Source: Candidatus Dormiibacterota bacterium
GTDB taxonomy: Bacteria > Chloroflexota > Dormibacteria > Aeolococcales > Bog-877
DNA: 64,000 nt
Reading direction: 5' to 3'
Assembly (NCBI GenBank): GCA_049279335.1
Contig: JBAPNX010000007.1
Coordinates: 7,013 to 71,012 of the forward strand
Shown here piece by piece: positions 54,990-64,000 of this stretch; within the stretch, counting starts at the first letter, position 1, and each line of letters begins with the position of its first letter. The notes under the pieces are model-generated. The model ran no database searches. It saw nothing but the letters and a program-made list of their open reading frames with translations, and was not told the DNA's origin. The position numbers were made by a program, and so were the translations under genes.

Positions 54990-56732
54990 TTGGGGGCTCG
55001 GGTGGGCCTGGGAGTGAGCAGCGAGCGGCCGCCATTGGAAGCCATCAGCCCGGGGGAGGAGCAGGTCGAGCTTTACGTCCGCACCTACAGGTCGGTGCTG
55101 CGCTCCTCTGGTGAGATCAGGTTGCAGGTGTTTGAGCGCGCTCACCTGGAGATGGAGTCCTCGCTGCACCGGCTCGCCGGCGAGGAGCGACTGGACAGCG
55201 GTGCCTTGCTCTACGCGCTGCATCGACTGCCTCCAGTATTGCTGGAGCTAGAGCACGTCTGCCTGGGGCAATCCCCCCAGCAGCTACTGCACTGGCGGGG
55301 ATCGGTTCCCGAGGACTGGCTGCCCGTGGTGGCGGCGGGTCGGCGCCGGCGCTGGTGGTGGAACCAGACGCTGCGCACTCTAGGGGTGGCCCTGGCCAGC
55401 AGCTCTGACCTGGACGACCTGGTGCCCACTCTGGTCGCGGTGCAGATCGAGTGGAACAAGGCCCACGCGCTGCTCGCCTCAGAGCCGGCGCTTGACCCAA
55501 CAGAGCTGGCCGCGCTGGCGCCGGCTCGGCTGGGCATATCGGACGACGACTGGGATCGGCTGGCGTCGCTCTTCGGACCTAGGTTTGAGGCATTCCTCGG
55601 TGAGGTGGCCAGCCGGGGGCTGGATCTAGGGATCCAGCTTTTGGGCGGTTCCCAGGTCGGCTACGCCCGGGCGACCCGCGAGTGGTGGCGTCCAGTGGGG
55701 GACGTCCTCCGCCGGGAGCAGCTGCTCGACCGGCCGCTCTACTTCGTCAGCAGCAATGCCCACTGTCTGGTCAACCTGCTCTCTGGAGTGGCACGGGAAC
55801 GCGCGCCCCGGGTGGCGGCGTGGATGGCCGAGACTGGGGATCCAGAACTGCGGCAGATCGCCTCGGAACTGGCCGAACCGGGCTCGCGGCATTCAGCCGA
55901 GAACTTCCTCTACTACGCTGCCCGGCGCTGGTTCGAGGCCCACCCCGAGGAGAGGCAGCAGCGGGCACGGGAGGAGACCAGCGAGGGAATATTTCATATC
56001 CCCTCGCAGTCGGGAACCGATGTGGCCGCTCAGTTGATCGTGCTGGACCGCCTACAACCCTCCCGACTCGACCCCAGGTTGCACGCGTCGGTGGCAGCGG
56101 GCGAGGCGCTGGCCAGCTCACGCCAAGTCATCCTCAACATCCAATATCCGCTCGGACTGGGTGCGTACCACATCCTGCGCCAGGTCATGGAGGCCACCGA
56201 GCACGTCGACGGGGTCTACATCCTCGGCAAGGCCGCGACCCTGAACGCAGACATCGGCGACATCATGGTTTCCGACGTGGTTCATGACGAGCAGAGCGGA
56301 AATACCTACTGGCTCAACAACTGTTTCTCTTTCTCACAGGTCTCCCCGTTCGTGAGCTCGCGTTCGCTGCTGGACCGCCAGCGAGCCGTCTCGGTTCGTT
56401 CCACTTTCCTACAAAATCGTGGGTATCTTGAGCGTTACTACCGGGATGCCTACACCGTCGTGGAGATGGAGGTGGGACCCTACCTGGGAGCGGTGTTTGA
56501 GGCTGGGGACAGCTCGCGCTACCCTGATCGGGAGCAGGTGGACTTGACCCGTCCGGCCATGGAGGTGGGCGTCATCCACTACGCATCTGACACCCCTTAC
56601 ACGCAAGCGCGGACCCTGGGTGCGCGCGGTCTGCGCTTCGAGGGCATGGAAGCCACCTACGCCGGGGCGTTGGCGATCGCGGCGAGAATCTTGGAGCGCT
56701 GCCGAGACCCGCAGCAGGCTATCGGGGTCTAG
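54990..56732 (+). CDS. Hypothetical 580-aa protein (C-terminal region with weak nucleoside-phosphorylase/MTAN-like motif 'FEGMEATYAGALA')
   Basis: Long soluble ORF with coding-like composition immediately downstream of glgP; no confident family assignment. Confidence 0.45.
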   Translation: MGARVGLGVSSERPPLEAISPGEEQVELYVRTYRSVLRSSGEIRLQVFERAHLEMESSLHRLAGEERLDSGALLYALHRLPPVLLELEHVCLGQSPQQLLHWRGSVPEDWLPVVAAGRRRRWWWNQTLRTLGVALASSSDLDDLVPTLVAVQIEWNKAHALLASEPALDPTELAALAPARLGISDDDWDRLASLFGPRFEAFLGEVASRGLDLGIQLLGGSQVGYARATREWWRPVGDVLRREQLLDRPLYFVSSNAHCLVNLLSGVARERAPRVAAWMAETGDPELRQIASELAEPGSRHSAENFLYYAARRWFEAHPEERQQRAREETSEGIFHIPSQSGTDVAAQLIVLDRLQPSRLDPRLHASVAAGEALASSRQVILNIQYPLGLGAYHILRQVMEATEHVDGVYILGKAATLNADIGDIMVSDVVHDEQSGNTYWLNNCFSFSQVSPFVSSRSLLDRQRAVSVRSTFLQNRGYLERYYRDAYTVVEMEVGPYLGAVFEAGDSSRYPDREQVDLTRPAMEVGVIHYASDTPYTQARTLGARGLRFEGMEATYAGALAIAARILERCRDPQQAIGV

Positions 56733-56736
56733 GGCG

Positions 56737-57084
56737 GTGCCCGGGCCTGCTTCGCTGTGGCGTGAGCGCTGTCAGGCTTGCACCGGTGAGACGCCCACCC
56801 TCACTGCCGAGGAAGCCCTGACCCTCAAGGCGGAACTGGAGGGCGATTGGAAGATTGACGGGGACCGGCTGCAGCGGCGGTACGGGTTCTCGAATTTCGC
56901 TGCCGCGTTCGCGGTCGCCACCCGCGCGGCCCTACTAGCGGAGCGCGAGGGCCACCACCCCGACCTCCGGGTGGGTTGGGGCTACCTCGAGGTCGAGCTG
57001 ACCACCCATGCTGCGGGTGGTCTCACTCGCAACGACTTCATCGTGGCCGCCAAGCTGGACCGCGCTCGCGTCGCCGGTACCTGA
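56737..57084 (+). CDS. Pterin-4a-carbinolamine dehydratase (PCD/DCoH)
   Basis: 'EGHHPDLRVGWGYLEVELTTH' PCD signature; GTG start just after the upstream stop. Confidence 0.8.
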   Translation: MPGPASLWRERCQACTGETPTLTAEEALTLKAELEGDWKIDGDRLQRRYGFSNFAAAFAVATRAALLAEREGHHPDLRVGWGYLEVELTTHAAGGLTRNDFIVAAKLDRARVAGT

Positions 57085-57120
57085 TCGGCGCGGCACCCCC
57101 GCAGCGGCCGCTGCTCCGTC

Positions 57121-57843
57121 TCAGTCGTCGTCACTCCCCGAGTCGTGCCCGTGTCGGAGCGCCCGGCGCTGGTGCCGAAGTTCGCGCATCTCCTGCCGCA
57201 GGCGGTGGAGCTCTGCGATCTCGGGCCCGAGATGCGACGGCCTAGACTCAGCTTTGGGCGGCTTGCTGACCACGCTGACCTCCCCCATGAGTGCCACCGC
57301 AGTGACGCGGATGAGAGGGGAGCCGGGGAGTGGACGCACGGAACTGATCCGCAGAGTCTTGGCACCCATGATGGCGATCCCATCCACGTCGACGTCGATC
57401 CCCTCGGGGACGATCACCCGCACCATCCCCATCAGGGCTACAGCGTGGATGTGGCTGTAGCTACTTGCCACCTCGGCCTCGCGCAAATCGAGTACGCACT
57501 CACCCATCACGGCCAAGGCGTGCGACGCGGGCTGAAGCACCCACCGGCCTTTGCGCACCGCCGACGACATGATGCCGACAAACCAGGACGCACCCGCGCG
57601 CTGGACAAGCGGCACCGACGCCGGTGATGGCTGCCCCAGGTCTGACTCCAGCTGGTAGATGTCCGCTCTGGTTCTAGCTAAGAGCGCGGACTCCACTCGC
57701 TCCGAGAACTCCGCCAGTCCCAGCCGCCCGTCAGCGCAAGCGGCGCTGAGGCGCTCGACCAACAGGTCGCGCTCATGGTCGGAGACCAAGACGACCGCTT
57801 CCGGGCCGGGCGGCGGGGGAGTTCCCTGAGGCTGATCCCGCAC
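57121..57843 (-). CDS. DUF1707 (SHOCT-like) domain membrane-associated protein
   Basis: N-terminal 'SDHERDLLVERLSAACADGRLGLAEFSERVESALLARTRADI' DUF1707 signature. Confidence 0.6.
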   Translation of the reverse strand: MRDQPQGTPPPPGPEAVVLVSDHERDLLVERLSAACADGRLGLAEFSERVESALLARTRADIYQLESDLGQPSPASVPLVQRAGASWFVGIMSSAVRKGRWVLQPASHALAVMGECVLDLREAEVASSYSHIHAVALMGMVRVIVPEGIDVDVDGIAIMGAKTLRISSVRPLPGSPLIRVTAVALMGEVSVVSKPPKAESRPSHLGPEIAELHRLRQEMRELRHQRRALRHGHDSGSDDD

Positions 57844-57956
57844 CCTGGCAGTCTATACCGCGGCTTTTTTGCCATCCCTGGCTGTCCTCGTTCCACTGCT
57901 GGAACTCGGGTATCCAGCGAGGCAAGCAACGCTAGCGAAACGCGAGTTATGCTGGC

Positions 57957-58961
57957 ATGGTGGGGAGAAGGCTGGGCCTCTGGCTGGCGACAAGCGGGTT
58001 GCTGGGCCTGGCGGTCGCGGCCGCAACGAACTTGCCGCCTGTGGCCACCGCCAGCGCCCGCAGCCTTCCTGAGTTGGCCAACGTCGCCAGCGCTGGTTCG
58101 CTGCAACTGCTGATGGACAAGTACCTGGGGCCCCCGTTCATCAGCCAAACCGGGGACGAGTACGAGAACGAATCCATGGGCAGTCTCGGCCTGGCCCAGG
58201 AGATCGTGGCCGGGGAAATCACCCCGAACATATTCATTCCCATCGGTGCGGCCCCGATCTCATTGCTCGAGCCCAAGTTCACAACCTGGGCGGTGCAGTT
58301 CGCCGCCAGTCCCCTGGTCGTGGCCTACTACCCCAAGGGGCCCCATGCCCCGGAGCTGAAGAAGATCTCCGAGGGCAAGCTTCCTATCAAGGATCTGTTC
58401 ACATTGATGGCGACCCCGGGCTTCAAACTCGGGCGCACCGATCCGGCGTTGGATCCTCAAGGCCAGGGTTTTATCGAGATGGTGCACCTGGCCGAGAAGT
58501 ACCTCGGAGTGAGTGCCGCCACCGCCACCGCCGATCTGGGGGGCTCGAACGGAAGCTCCTCCCAGATCTTCTCGGAGACTGCACTTGAGCCGACTCTTCA
58601 GGCCGGCGAACTGGACGCCGCCAGTGCCTACCTGCCCCAGGCGGTACAGCTCGGCCTACCCTACGTCGCGCTTCCCGACACCATCAACTTCGGGGACCCC
58701 CAGGACGCCTCAATCTACGCCACCGCATCGTTGACGCTCTCCACCGGCCAGGTGGTCCGAGGCTCACTTCTCGACCTGGAGGCAGCGGTGCTGAAGGTGG
58801 GGGGGGATTCCGCGGCCGGCACTGCCTTTGTAAAGTTCCTGCTCGGTTCTAAAGCTCGCCACATCTTGACCAAGGAGGGCTACACCCTGTTGCAACCCGC
58901 GCTGCTGGGTCAGAGGTCGGCGGCGCCCTCGTCAATAAGGGCTCTCATCCCCAAGAGTTGA
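57957..58961 (+). CDS. ABC transporter substrate-binding protein (molybdate/tungstate/sulfate family, ModA/WtpA-like)
   Basis: Signal peptide; PBP type-2 fold; first gene of an SBP-permease-ATPase operon with overlapping stops/starts. Confidence 0.7.
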   Translation: MVGRRLGLWLATSGLLGLAVAAATNLPPVATASARSLPELANVASAGSLQLLMDKYLGPPFISQTGDEYENESMGSLGLAQEIVAGEITPNIFIPIGAAPISLLEPKFTTWAVQFAASPLVVAYYPKGPHAPELKKISEGKLPIKDLFTLMATPGFKLGRTDPALDPQGQGFIEMVHLAEKYLGVSAATATADLGGSNGSSSQIFSETALEPTLQAGELDAASAYLPQAVQLGLPYVALPDTINFGDPQDASIYATASLTLSTGQVVRGSLLDLEAAVLKVGGDSAAGTAFVKFLLGSKARHILTKEGYTLLQPALLGQRSAAPSSIRALIPKS

Positions 58962-59776
58962 TAGTCCCCCCCGCCCCGACGGCGTTGCGTGGCTCGGGGG
59001 TCAGGCTTAGCACCGGCGCCGCTCTGGTGGGGGCGCTGATCATCTGGGTGGCACTGCTAGGCCCGCTGATCGCCCTCCTGGCCCACCTCACCCCGGCGGC
59101 GGTGATCAACTCACTCCGCCAACCTGGCGCCTTCGAACCCCTGATCACCTCGGTGGCGGCTTCGCTGGTCGCCTTGGCGGTGATCCTCCTGCTGGGTACC
59201 CCGCTCGCCTACCTGCTGGCCCGGGGCCGGCTGCCCTTCCCCAGGATCTGGGAGATCGGAGTGATCCTGCCGCTGCTCACTCCGCCGCTGGTGATCGGAC
59301 TGCTGCTCATCTTCATGGTGGGGCCGGCCACGCCGATCGGGACCTTCCTGGGCCACCTCGACCTCACCGCCTCGGACACATTCCTCGCCCTGGTCATCGC
59401 CGAGATCTACGAGGCGGTGCCCTACTACGTCCTCGGCGCCGCGGCCGCTTTTGCCACCGTCGATCCCGAGCTTGAGGAGGCGGCTGCTCTGCTGGGAGAC
59501 CCCCGCTCCCGAACCTGGCGTCGCATCACCCTGCCGCTGGCCGCCCCGGGGATGGCGATGGCGCTGGCGGTGACCTGGGCCAGGGCGATGGGAGCCTTCG
59601 GGGCGGTTCTGATCATCGCCTACCACCCCTTTGGGCTGCCGATGCAGATCTGGACCACACTCCAGGAAACTGGCCTCAGCTCGGCCCTGCCCTTCGCTCT
59701 GGTACTGCTGGTGGTGGCCCTGCCATTGCCGGTAGCCGCATACCTCTGGAGTAGCCGTGCTCTCCGCCGACTTTGA
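58958..59776 (+). CDS. ABC transporter permease (ModB/CysT-like)
   Basis: 6 TM; 'EAAALLGDPRSRTWRRITLPLAAPG' EAA loop. Confidence 0.8.
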   Translation: MIVPPAPTALRGSGVRLSTGAALVGALIIWVALLGPLIALLAHLTPAAVINSLRQPGAFEPLITSVAASLVALAVILLLGTPLAYLLARGRLPFPRIWEIGVILPLLTPPLVIGLLLIFMVGPATPIGTFLGHLDLTASDTFLALVIAEIYEAVPYYVLGAAAAFATVDPELEEAAALLGDPRSRTWRRITLPLAAPGMAMALAVTWARAMGAFGAVLIIAYHPFGLPMQIWTTLQETGLSSALPFALVLLVVALPLPVAAYLWSSRALRRL

Positions 59777-60722
59777 GGTAGCGCGCCGCAGCTTCGCGGT
59801 GCGGCTCGAGCTCCAGGTGGCGCCGGGGGAGAGGCTGGCCATCCTGGGGCCATCTGGTGCCGGCAAGACCACTTGCCTGGAGGCGCTGGCCGGGCTGCTA
59901 CCGCTCAGCGCCGGTGAGATCCTCCTCAACCACCGCTGCCTCAGCTCCTCCTCTAGTCCTCACCAGAATGTGCCCCCGGGCCGGCGTGGGGTGGGCCTGC
60001 TCCGTCAGAACCCCGGTCTCTTCCCCCATCTCACCGTGCTCGAGAACATCAGCTACCCGCTCGGGGTGACGGCGACGGTCGCCACCGCTGCCGCCCAGCG
60101 CATGGGGCTGGGAGACCTGCTTCTCGCCCGACCCAAAAGCCTCTCCGGCGGTGAGGCGCAGAGGGTTGCCCTCTGTCGTGTCCTCCAAACCGGGGTGCAG
60201 CTGCTCTGCCTCGACGAGGCTTTCAGCTCTCTCGACCGGCCCCTCGGCAGCGAGATGTTGGAACTGCTCCGTGGCGAGGTGGCCGGGAGCGGTACCGCGG
60301 CGCTCCTCGTCACCCATCGGCTGCCAGAGGCCCAGGCGTTTGCCGATCGGGTGGCCGTTCTCGACAGAGGCTCCCTGCTCCAGGTAGCCGAGCCGCGCGA
60401 ACTGGTGCTGCGGCCCAAGACGAAGGTGGTGGCGGCTTTGGTCGGGTATCGGGGCTGGCTTCGCCACGGTGATCAACTGCTGGCGATCCACCCCGATCGG
60501 ATTCGTCCGGCAGGCTCGCCGGACCTTCCCGGGTTACTCGATGGCAGAGTGGTGGGCATGAGGCCCGAGGGTGCCCGCGTCGACGTCGAACTGGAGTCGG
60601 TAGGCGCTTGGGAAGGACGCTTTCACTGCTTCTTCGATGAGCCCCCCGAAGTCGGTGCCAGATTGTTCCTTGAAGCGCCGGCGGCTCCCGTCTTTGGCGC
60701 GGCGGGGGAAGCGCTTGCCTGA
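59757..60722 (+). CDS. ABC transporter ATP-binding protein with C-terminal TOBE/MOP-like domain (ModC-like)
   Basis: Walker A 'GPSGAGKTT', signature 'LSGGEAQRVAL', Walker B 'LLCLDEAFS'; C-terminal ~100-aa extension. Confidence 0.85.
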   Translation: MLSADFEVARRSFAVRLELQVAPGERLAILGPSGAGKTTCLEALAGLLPLSAGEILLNHRCLSSSSSPHQNVPPGRRGVGLLRQNPGLFPHLTVLENISYPLGVTATVATAAAQRMGLGDLLLARPKSLSGGEAQRVALCRVLQTGVQLLCLDEAFSSLDRPLGSEMLELLRGEVAGSGTAALLVTHRLPEAQAFADRVAVLDRGSLLQVAEPRELVLRPKTKVVAALVGYRGWLRHGDQLLAIHPDRIRPAGSPDLPGLLDGRVVGMRPEGARVDVELESVGAWEGRFHCFFDEPPEVGARLFLEAPAAPVFGAAGEALA

Positions 60723-60742
60723 CCCGGGCGGAGACCGCCGTG

Positions 60743-61815
60743 TGTCGGCGGCGAGCGCGGCTGAGGCCGGGCGCCGGCTGCGCCTGGCCCGCCTCGCGGC
60801 CGGGCTTTCGCAGAGCCGTCTGGCCGAGATGTGTGCCGTCAGCCGCCAGGCCGTGTCCGGCGCCGAAGCCGGGACCTGGTCCCCATCGCTGGCAGTGGCG
60901 CTGGCGCTGGCTCGGGCCCTCGATACCACGGTGGACCAGCTCTTCGCGCCCGACCTGAGGGTCCAGGAGGTGGCGACGATCTCGCTGCAGCCGAGGGTGG
61001 GGGAAGGCCGAGCCCGAGTGGTCAGAGTCTGGGACCGCTGGATAGGTCTGCCGCTAGTCGGCGATCGCGTTACCGAGCCCGGCTTTACCGCTGCGACGGG
61101 CCGCATGCTCACCTGGGGCTCCAAGTCCGAGCTCTGGGGGACGGGCCGCTCGTTGCTACTCGCCGGCTGCGACCCCGCACTCCCACTGCTGGGCGGACCG
61201 ATCGCCGGGATAGGTGAGGGCTGGAGCTTCGACTGGTGGCCCTCCGGGAGCTCCGAGGCTTCCAGATTGCTGCGGGAGAACCTGGTCCATGCCGCCGCGA
61301 TCCACTATCCGGCCGCCGAACGGGAGCACCACCTCGGGGAAGCTGGCCTGGCATCGGTCGGTTTTGCGCGGTGGAAGGAGGGGCTGTTGTTGAGGTCGGA
61401 CCGGAACCTCGAGGTCGGCTCGCTTGGCCAAGCCGCTGATTTGGGGCTGCGGTGGGTCAACCGTGAGCCCGGCGCTCAGGCCCGAAGCCTGCTCGACCGG
61501 GAGCTGGCGGCGCTTGGGCTCCACGGCCCCGACCTGCCTGGGTACGACAGCCAGGCGGGGGGACATCTCCAGGTTGCCAGCGCGGTCGCGAGCGGGATCG
61601 CCGACGTGGGAATCGCCACCGAGCCGGCAGCTCTCGCCTACGGGCTCCGCTTCGTCCCGATGTCTGACGAGGAGTGTGTGATCCAAGTGGTCCGCGACCG
61701 TCTGGAGTCGCCTGAGCTGCGCCTCCTCTTGTTGGTCCTTGGCGGCCCGCAGTTGCGGCGCGAACTGAGTGCGCTCCCCGGCTACGATGCTTCCATCCTC
61801 GGCGAGGAGCTTTAG
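60743..61815 (+). CDS. XRE-family HTH regulator fused to periplasmic-binding-protein-like domain (putative oxyanion-responsive one-component regulator)
   Basis: HTH 'LSQSRLAEMCAVSRQAVSGAEAG'; the C-terminal ~250 aa resembles a PBP-like substrate-binding domain; GTG start after the ATPase stop. Confidence 0.55.
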
Positions 61816-62176
61816 ACCAGGGCTCGTTTCCGGGCGCCGTCCGCTCGCTGACCGGTCACGATCGTGGCGAGAGCCGCTCCGCAGCTCGGAGGTGCGTCTG
61901 CAGTGACCGGCACATTGCTGATCGCATTGCCGGTGTTCGGTGCCTGCGCGGCGCAGATGATCGAGGCGCTTACCATCGTCATGGCGCCCGGCGCCGCCGG
62001 AGAAGCGACTGCCAACGGGGCGCCTCCAGTCGCCTTCGCTGATCGACACTTCCTTGGGAGGCGTCGAAAAAACTCCTCCTGGCGGTTGGCAAACGCCTGG
62101 TGATGTATGGAGCCAGGCGGCCGTCAAACCAGCTCTCGTCGTGTCAACCTTCCGAGCCTCGCCAAGTGACGAGAAT

Positions 62177-62713
62177 ATGCGAGTGATCGAAACCCGCCCG
62201 GAGCTGGAAGACGACTTTCCTGCGATCCGAGAGCTCATCGCCGCCACCATGCGAATCCTGACGGCCGATCTTGTCGAGCTGATCCGCGAAGGCGACGGAT
62301 ACGTTCCTCAACTGAGTCGTGTGGCCGTGAATCAGGCTGGAGAGGTGGTCGGCTATGTGATGCTCAACCGGGTTGAACTGGTCGGGGACAAAACCTGGTC
62401 GGTGCTGTCACTCTCACCCCTGGCAGTGACTCCGACACTGCAGAGGGCTGGCATTGGTTCTGCGTTGGTAAACGACGTCTTGTCAGTCGCAGACGAGTTG
62501 GGGGAGACGATGGTGGTGGTTCTCGGCCACGCCGCCTATTACCCTCGCTTCGGATTCTTGCCAGCACGGAAGATGGGGATTGCACCACCCTGGCACTCGC
62601 AGCTCCCAGATGACGTCTGGATGGCTCGTCCTTTGGCAAACTATGACCCCGAGATGCGAGGAGTCATCAGCTACCCCTCGACCTACGCAACGACCGAGAG
62701 CGTGCCTACGTAG
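62177..62713 (+). CDS. GNAT family N-acetyltransferase
   Basis: 'LAVTPTLQRAGIGSALV' motif A; ATG 62177. Confidence 0.7.
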   Translation: MRVIETRPELEDDFPAIRELIAATMRILTADLVELIREGDGYVPQLSRVAVNQAGEVVGYVMLNRVELVGDKTWSVLSLSPLAVTPTLQRAGIGSALVNDVLSVADELGETMVVVLGHAAYYPRFGFLPARKMGIAPPWHSQLPDDVWMARPLANYDPEMRGVISYPSTYATTESVPT

Positions 62714-62888
62714 GCGGTTTCGCATGGACTTGCCAGCAGCGCGCAGCCGTCGCTATGACTGCAGCTGCAACCGTGCCAACCCCGTGGTTCCGCGTTTCGC
62801 GCCGGCTAACCCTATTGCCCTCGGCGTTGTGCCCAGAGGACACTGCCGACGGACACCCTAGCCCCCACGGTGTCAGATAGCGGCGAGA

Positions 62889-63602
62889 TCAGTAACCGCC
62901 CGAACCTGAGCTGGGGGTCTTCGCGCTGGAGGCCTTCACCAAGCTTCCCGACGCCGACACTGCATACCAGGTGCCACCGAAGCTCTTGAGTCCTTCACCA
63001 CTGGCCTGGCCGTTGGCGGTGTCGCCTACGTAGGTGTAGAGCGGCCGACCGTGATAGGTGAGGACACGCGTGCCCGGAGTGCCTTTCTCGCTGCCAATCA
63101 TCGATGCCCGCGCGCTGCCTCGAGTCTCATGACGCTGATCGCTCTTCGAGTCCATTTGGGACCAATAATCGGTGCAGCCGTTGGCGGTCGTGCAGGTGAT
63201 CTTGCCTGCGGTTTCTGAGGTCAAGGTGTACAGCGTGCGCCCGGCACCATCCACGAGGACGGTGCCTAATCCGGCCACTGACGCCGTCTTGATGGTGATC
63301 TTGGCCGCCGTGGTAACCGCCGCTGTGGCGGCAGACGTTGAACTCGGGGCAGCCGCGCTCGCCAAACCGCCATAGGTTGCAGCCAGAGCAGCAACTAGGG
63401 CCAGGCGGGTGCCGGCCGACCGCCCCGGATGTCCCAGGTCGAGATTCGCGAGCACGTTCAAAGTGTCACTCCCAAATGGTCGGAAATCTGCCGGGCACGA
63501 CAATCTCGAGGCGCGATCTCCATCGGCCGCTGTTGATGACCAACGAGTGATCCGGTGCTGATAGCCAAGGGCCAAGGCCTCGCGGCGCGAGGGTCCAACC
63601 AC
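62889..63602 (-). CDS. Secreted lipoprotein, COG4315-like tandem-repeat family
   Basis: Two repeats 'LVDGAGRTLYTLTSE' and 'YHGRPLYTYVGDTANGQASGEG..FGGTWYAVS'; signal/lipobox region; start codon uncertain. Confidence 0.5.
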   Translation of the reverse strand: MVGPSRREALALGYQHRITRWSSTAADGDRASRLSCPADFRPFGSDTLNVLANLDLGHPGRSAGTRLALVAALAATYGGLASAAAPSSTSAATAAVTTAAKITIKTASVAGLGTVLVDGAGRTLYTLTSETAGKITCTTANGCTDYWSQMDSKSDQRHETRGSARASMIGSEKGTPGTRVLTYHGRPLYTYVGDTANGQASGEGLKSFGGTWYAVSASGSLVKASSAKTPSSGSGGY

Positions 63603-64000
63603 TGGCCCATCCCGACAACGGGACTGATCCTGATCTGAGCCACATGGAGAGTACGTTGCAGCCCTGTCGAATGTTCAATCCTCGATCCCTGGGCTGCCCC
63701 AAGACCAAGTCGGTGCAGTCCGGATGGCGGTGTTCGGGTAGCGTCGCGGCGAGCCCGTACCCTCTCATCGGTGGGGCTTATAAGGATCCCAATTGGGACC
63801 ACCGTTGGGTAATGGCGGCGCCAGAGGAGGGGCTCGCCGCGTCGTCAGGTCTCGGGCTGAGATCCCTCTTGCCGAGCCGCAGGGAGGAGGTCGTAGGCGG
63901 TGGTGTGCTGGGGTTGATAGAGACTCATCTCGCCCGCTCCGGGGACCCGGAACCTAGTGATCAGACCGAAGCCCTGATCTTCTATGGCCGCGGTGAACTC

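Noticed and set aside
61156-62250. 364-aa minus-strand ORF opposite the HTH-PBP regulator and GNAT genes
   Set aside because: Arg/Gly/Pro-rich with no domain signature; the sense-strand genes have recognisable motifs and coupled starts.

Overview
This is a high-GC, actinobacterial-type chromosomal segment with about 60 plausible protein-coding genes on both strands. I found no rRNA, no complete tRNA, no CRISPR array and no transposase or integrase ORF. Most long antisense ORFs in the six-frame track are GC-rich artefacts. Main contents, left to right: a PBP-type transglycosylase, a phosphoesterase, and a tmRNA-like structured RNA ending in a tRNA-like T-arm/acceptor/CCA (2.3-2.57 kb), with two further divergent copies of its central ~150 nt at 4.0 and 9.6 kb. 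These copies bracket an arsenic island, arsR <> arsM-aquaglyceroporin-arsC-pyridine-nucleotide-disulfide reductase (5.3-9.6 kb). Next come an ArsB/NhaD-type permease translationally coupled to a universal stress protein, two paralogous EamA/DMT transporters, YceI, a DUF3494 secreted protein, a PAS-EAL c-di-GMP phosphodiesterase, and a split cytochrome b6/subunit-IV-like pair with a small upstream membrane ORF. A DevS/DosT-like double-GAF histidine kinase, NarL-family regulator and orphan kinase operon follows, then several methyltransferases and GNATs, PadR, a macro-domain protein, a CPBP protease, an unusual luciferase-like oxidoreductase-MenA prenyltransferase fusion, and a PP2C phosphatase. 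The most unusual region is a cell-surface locus at 40.8-47.4 kb: two paralogous small Cys-pair secreted proteins, a 1384-aa membrane-anchored protein made of 14 tandem IPT/TIG-like repeats in a 3-unit super-repeat, and a secreted 327-aa protein. The right end holds an AIM24-family protein, a quinone oxidoreductase, a cupredoxin lipoprotein, ClpS-DUF2017, aminopeptidase P, alpha-glucan phosphorylase, pterin-4a-carbinolamine dehydratase, and a ModABC-like ABC transporter with an HTH-PBP one-component regulator.
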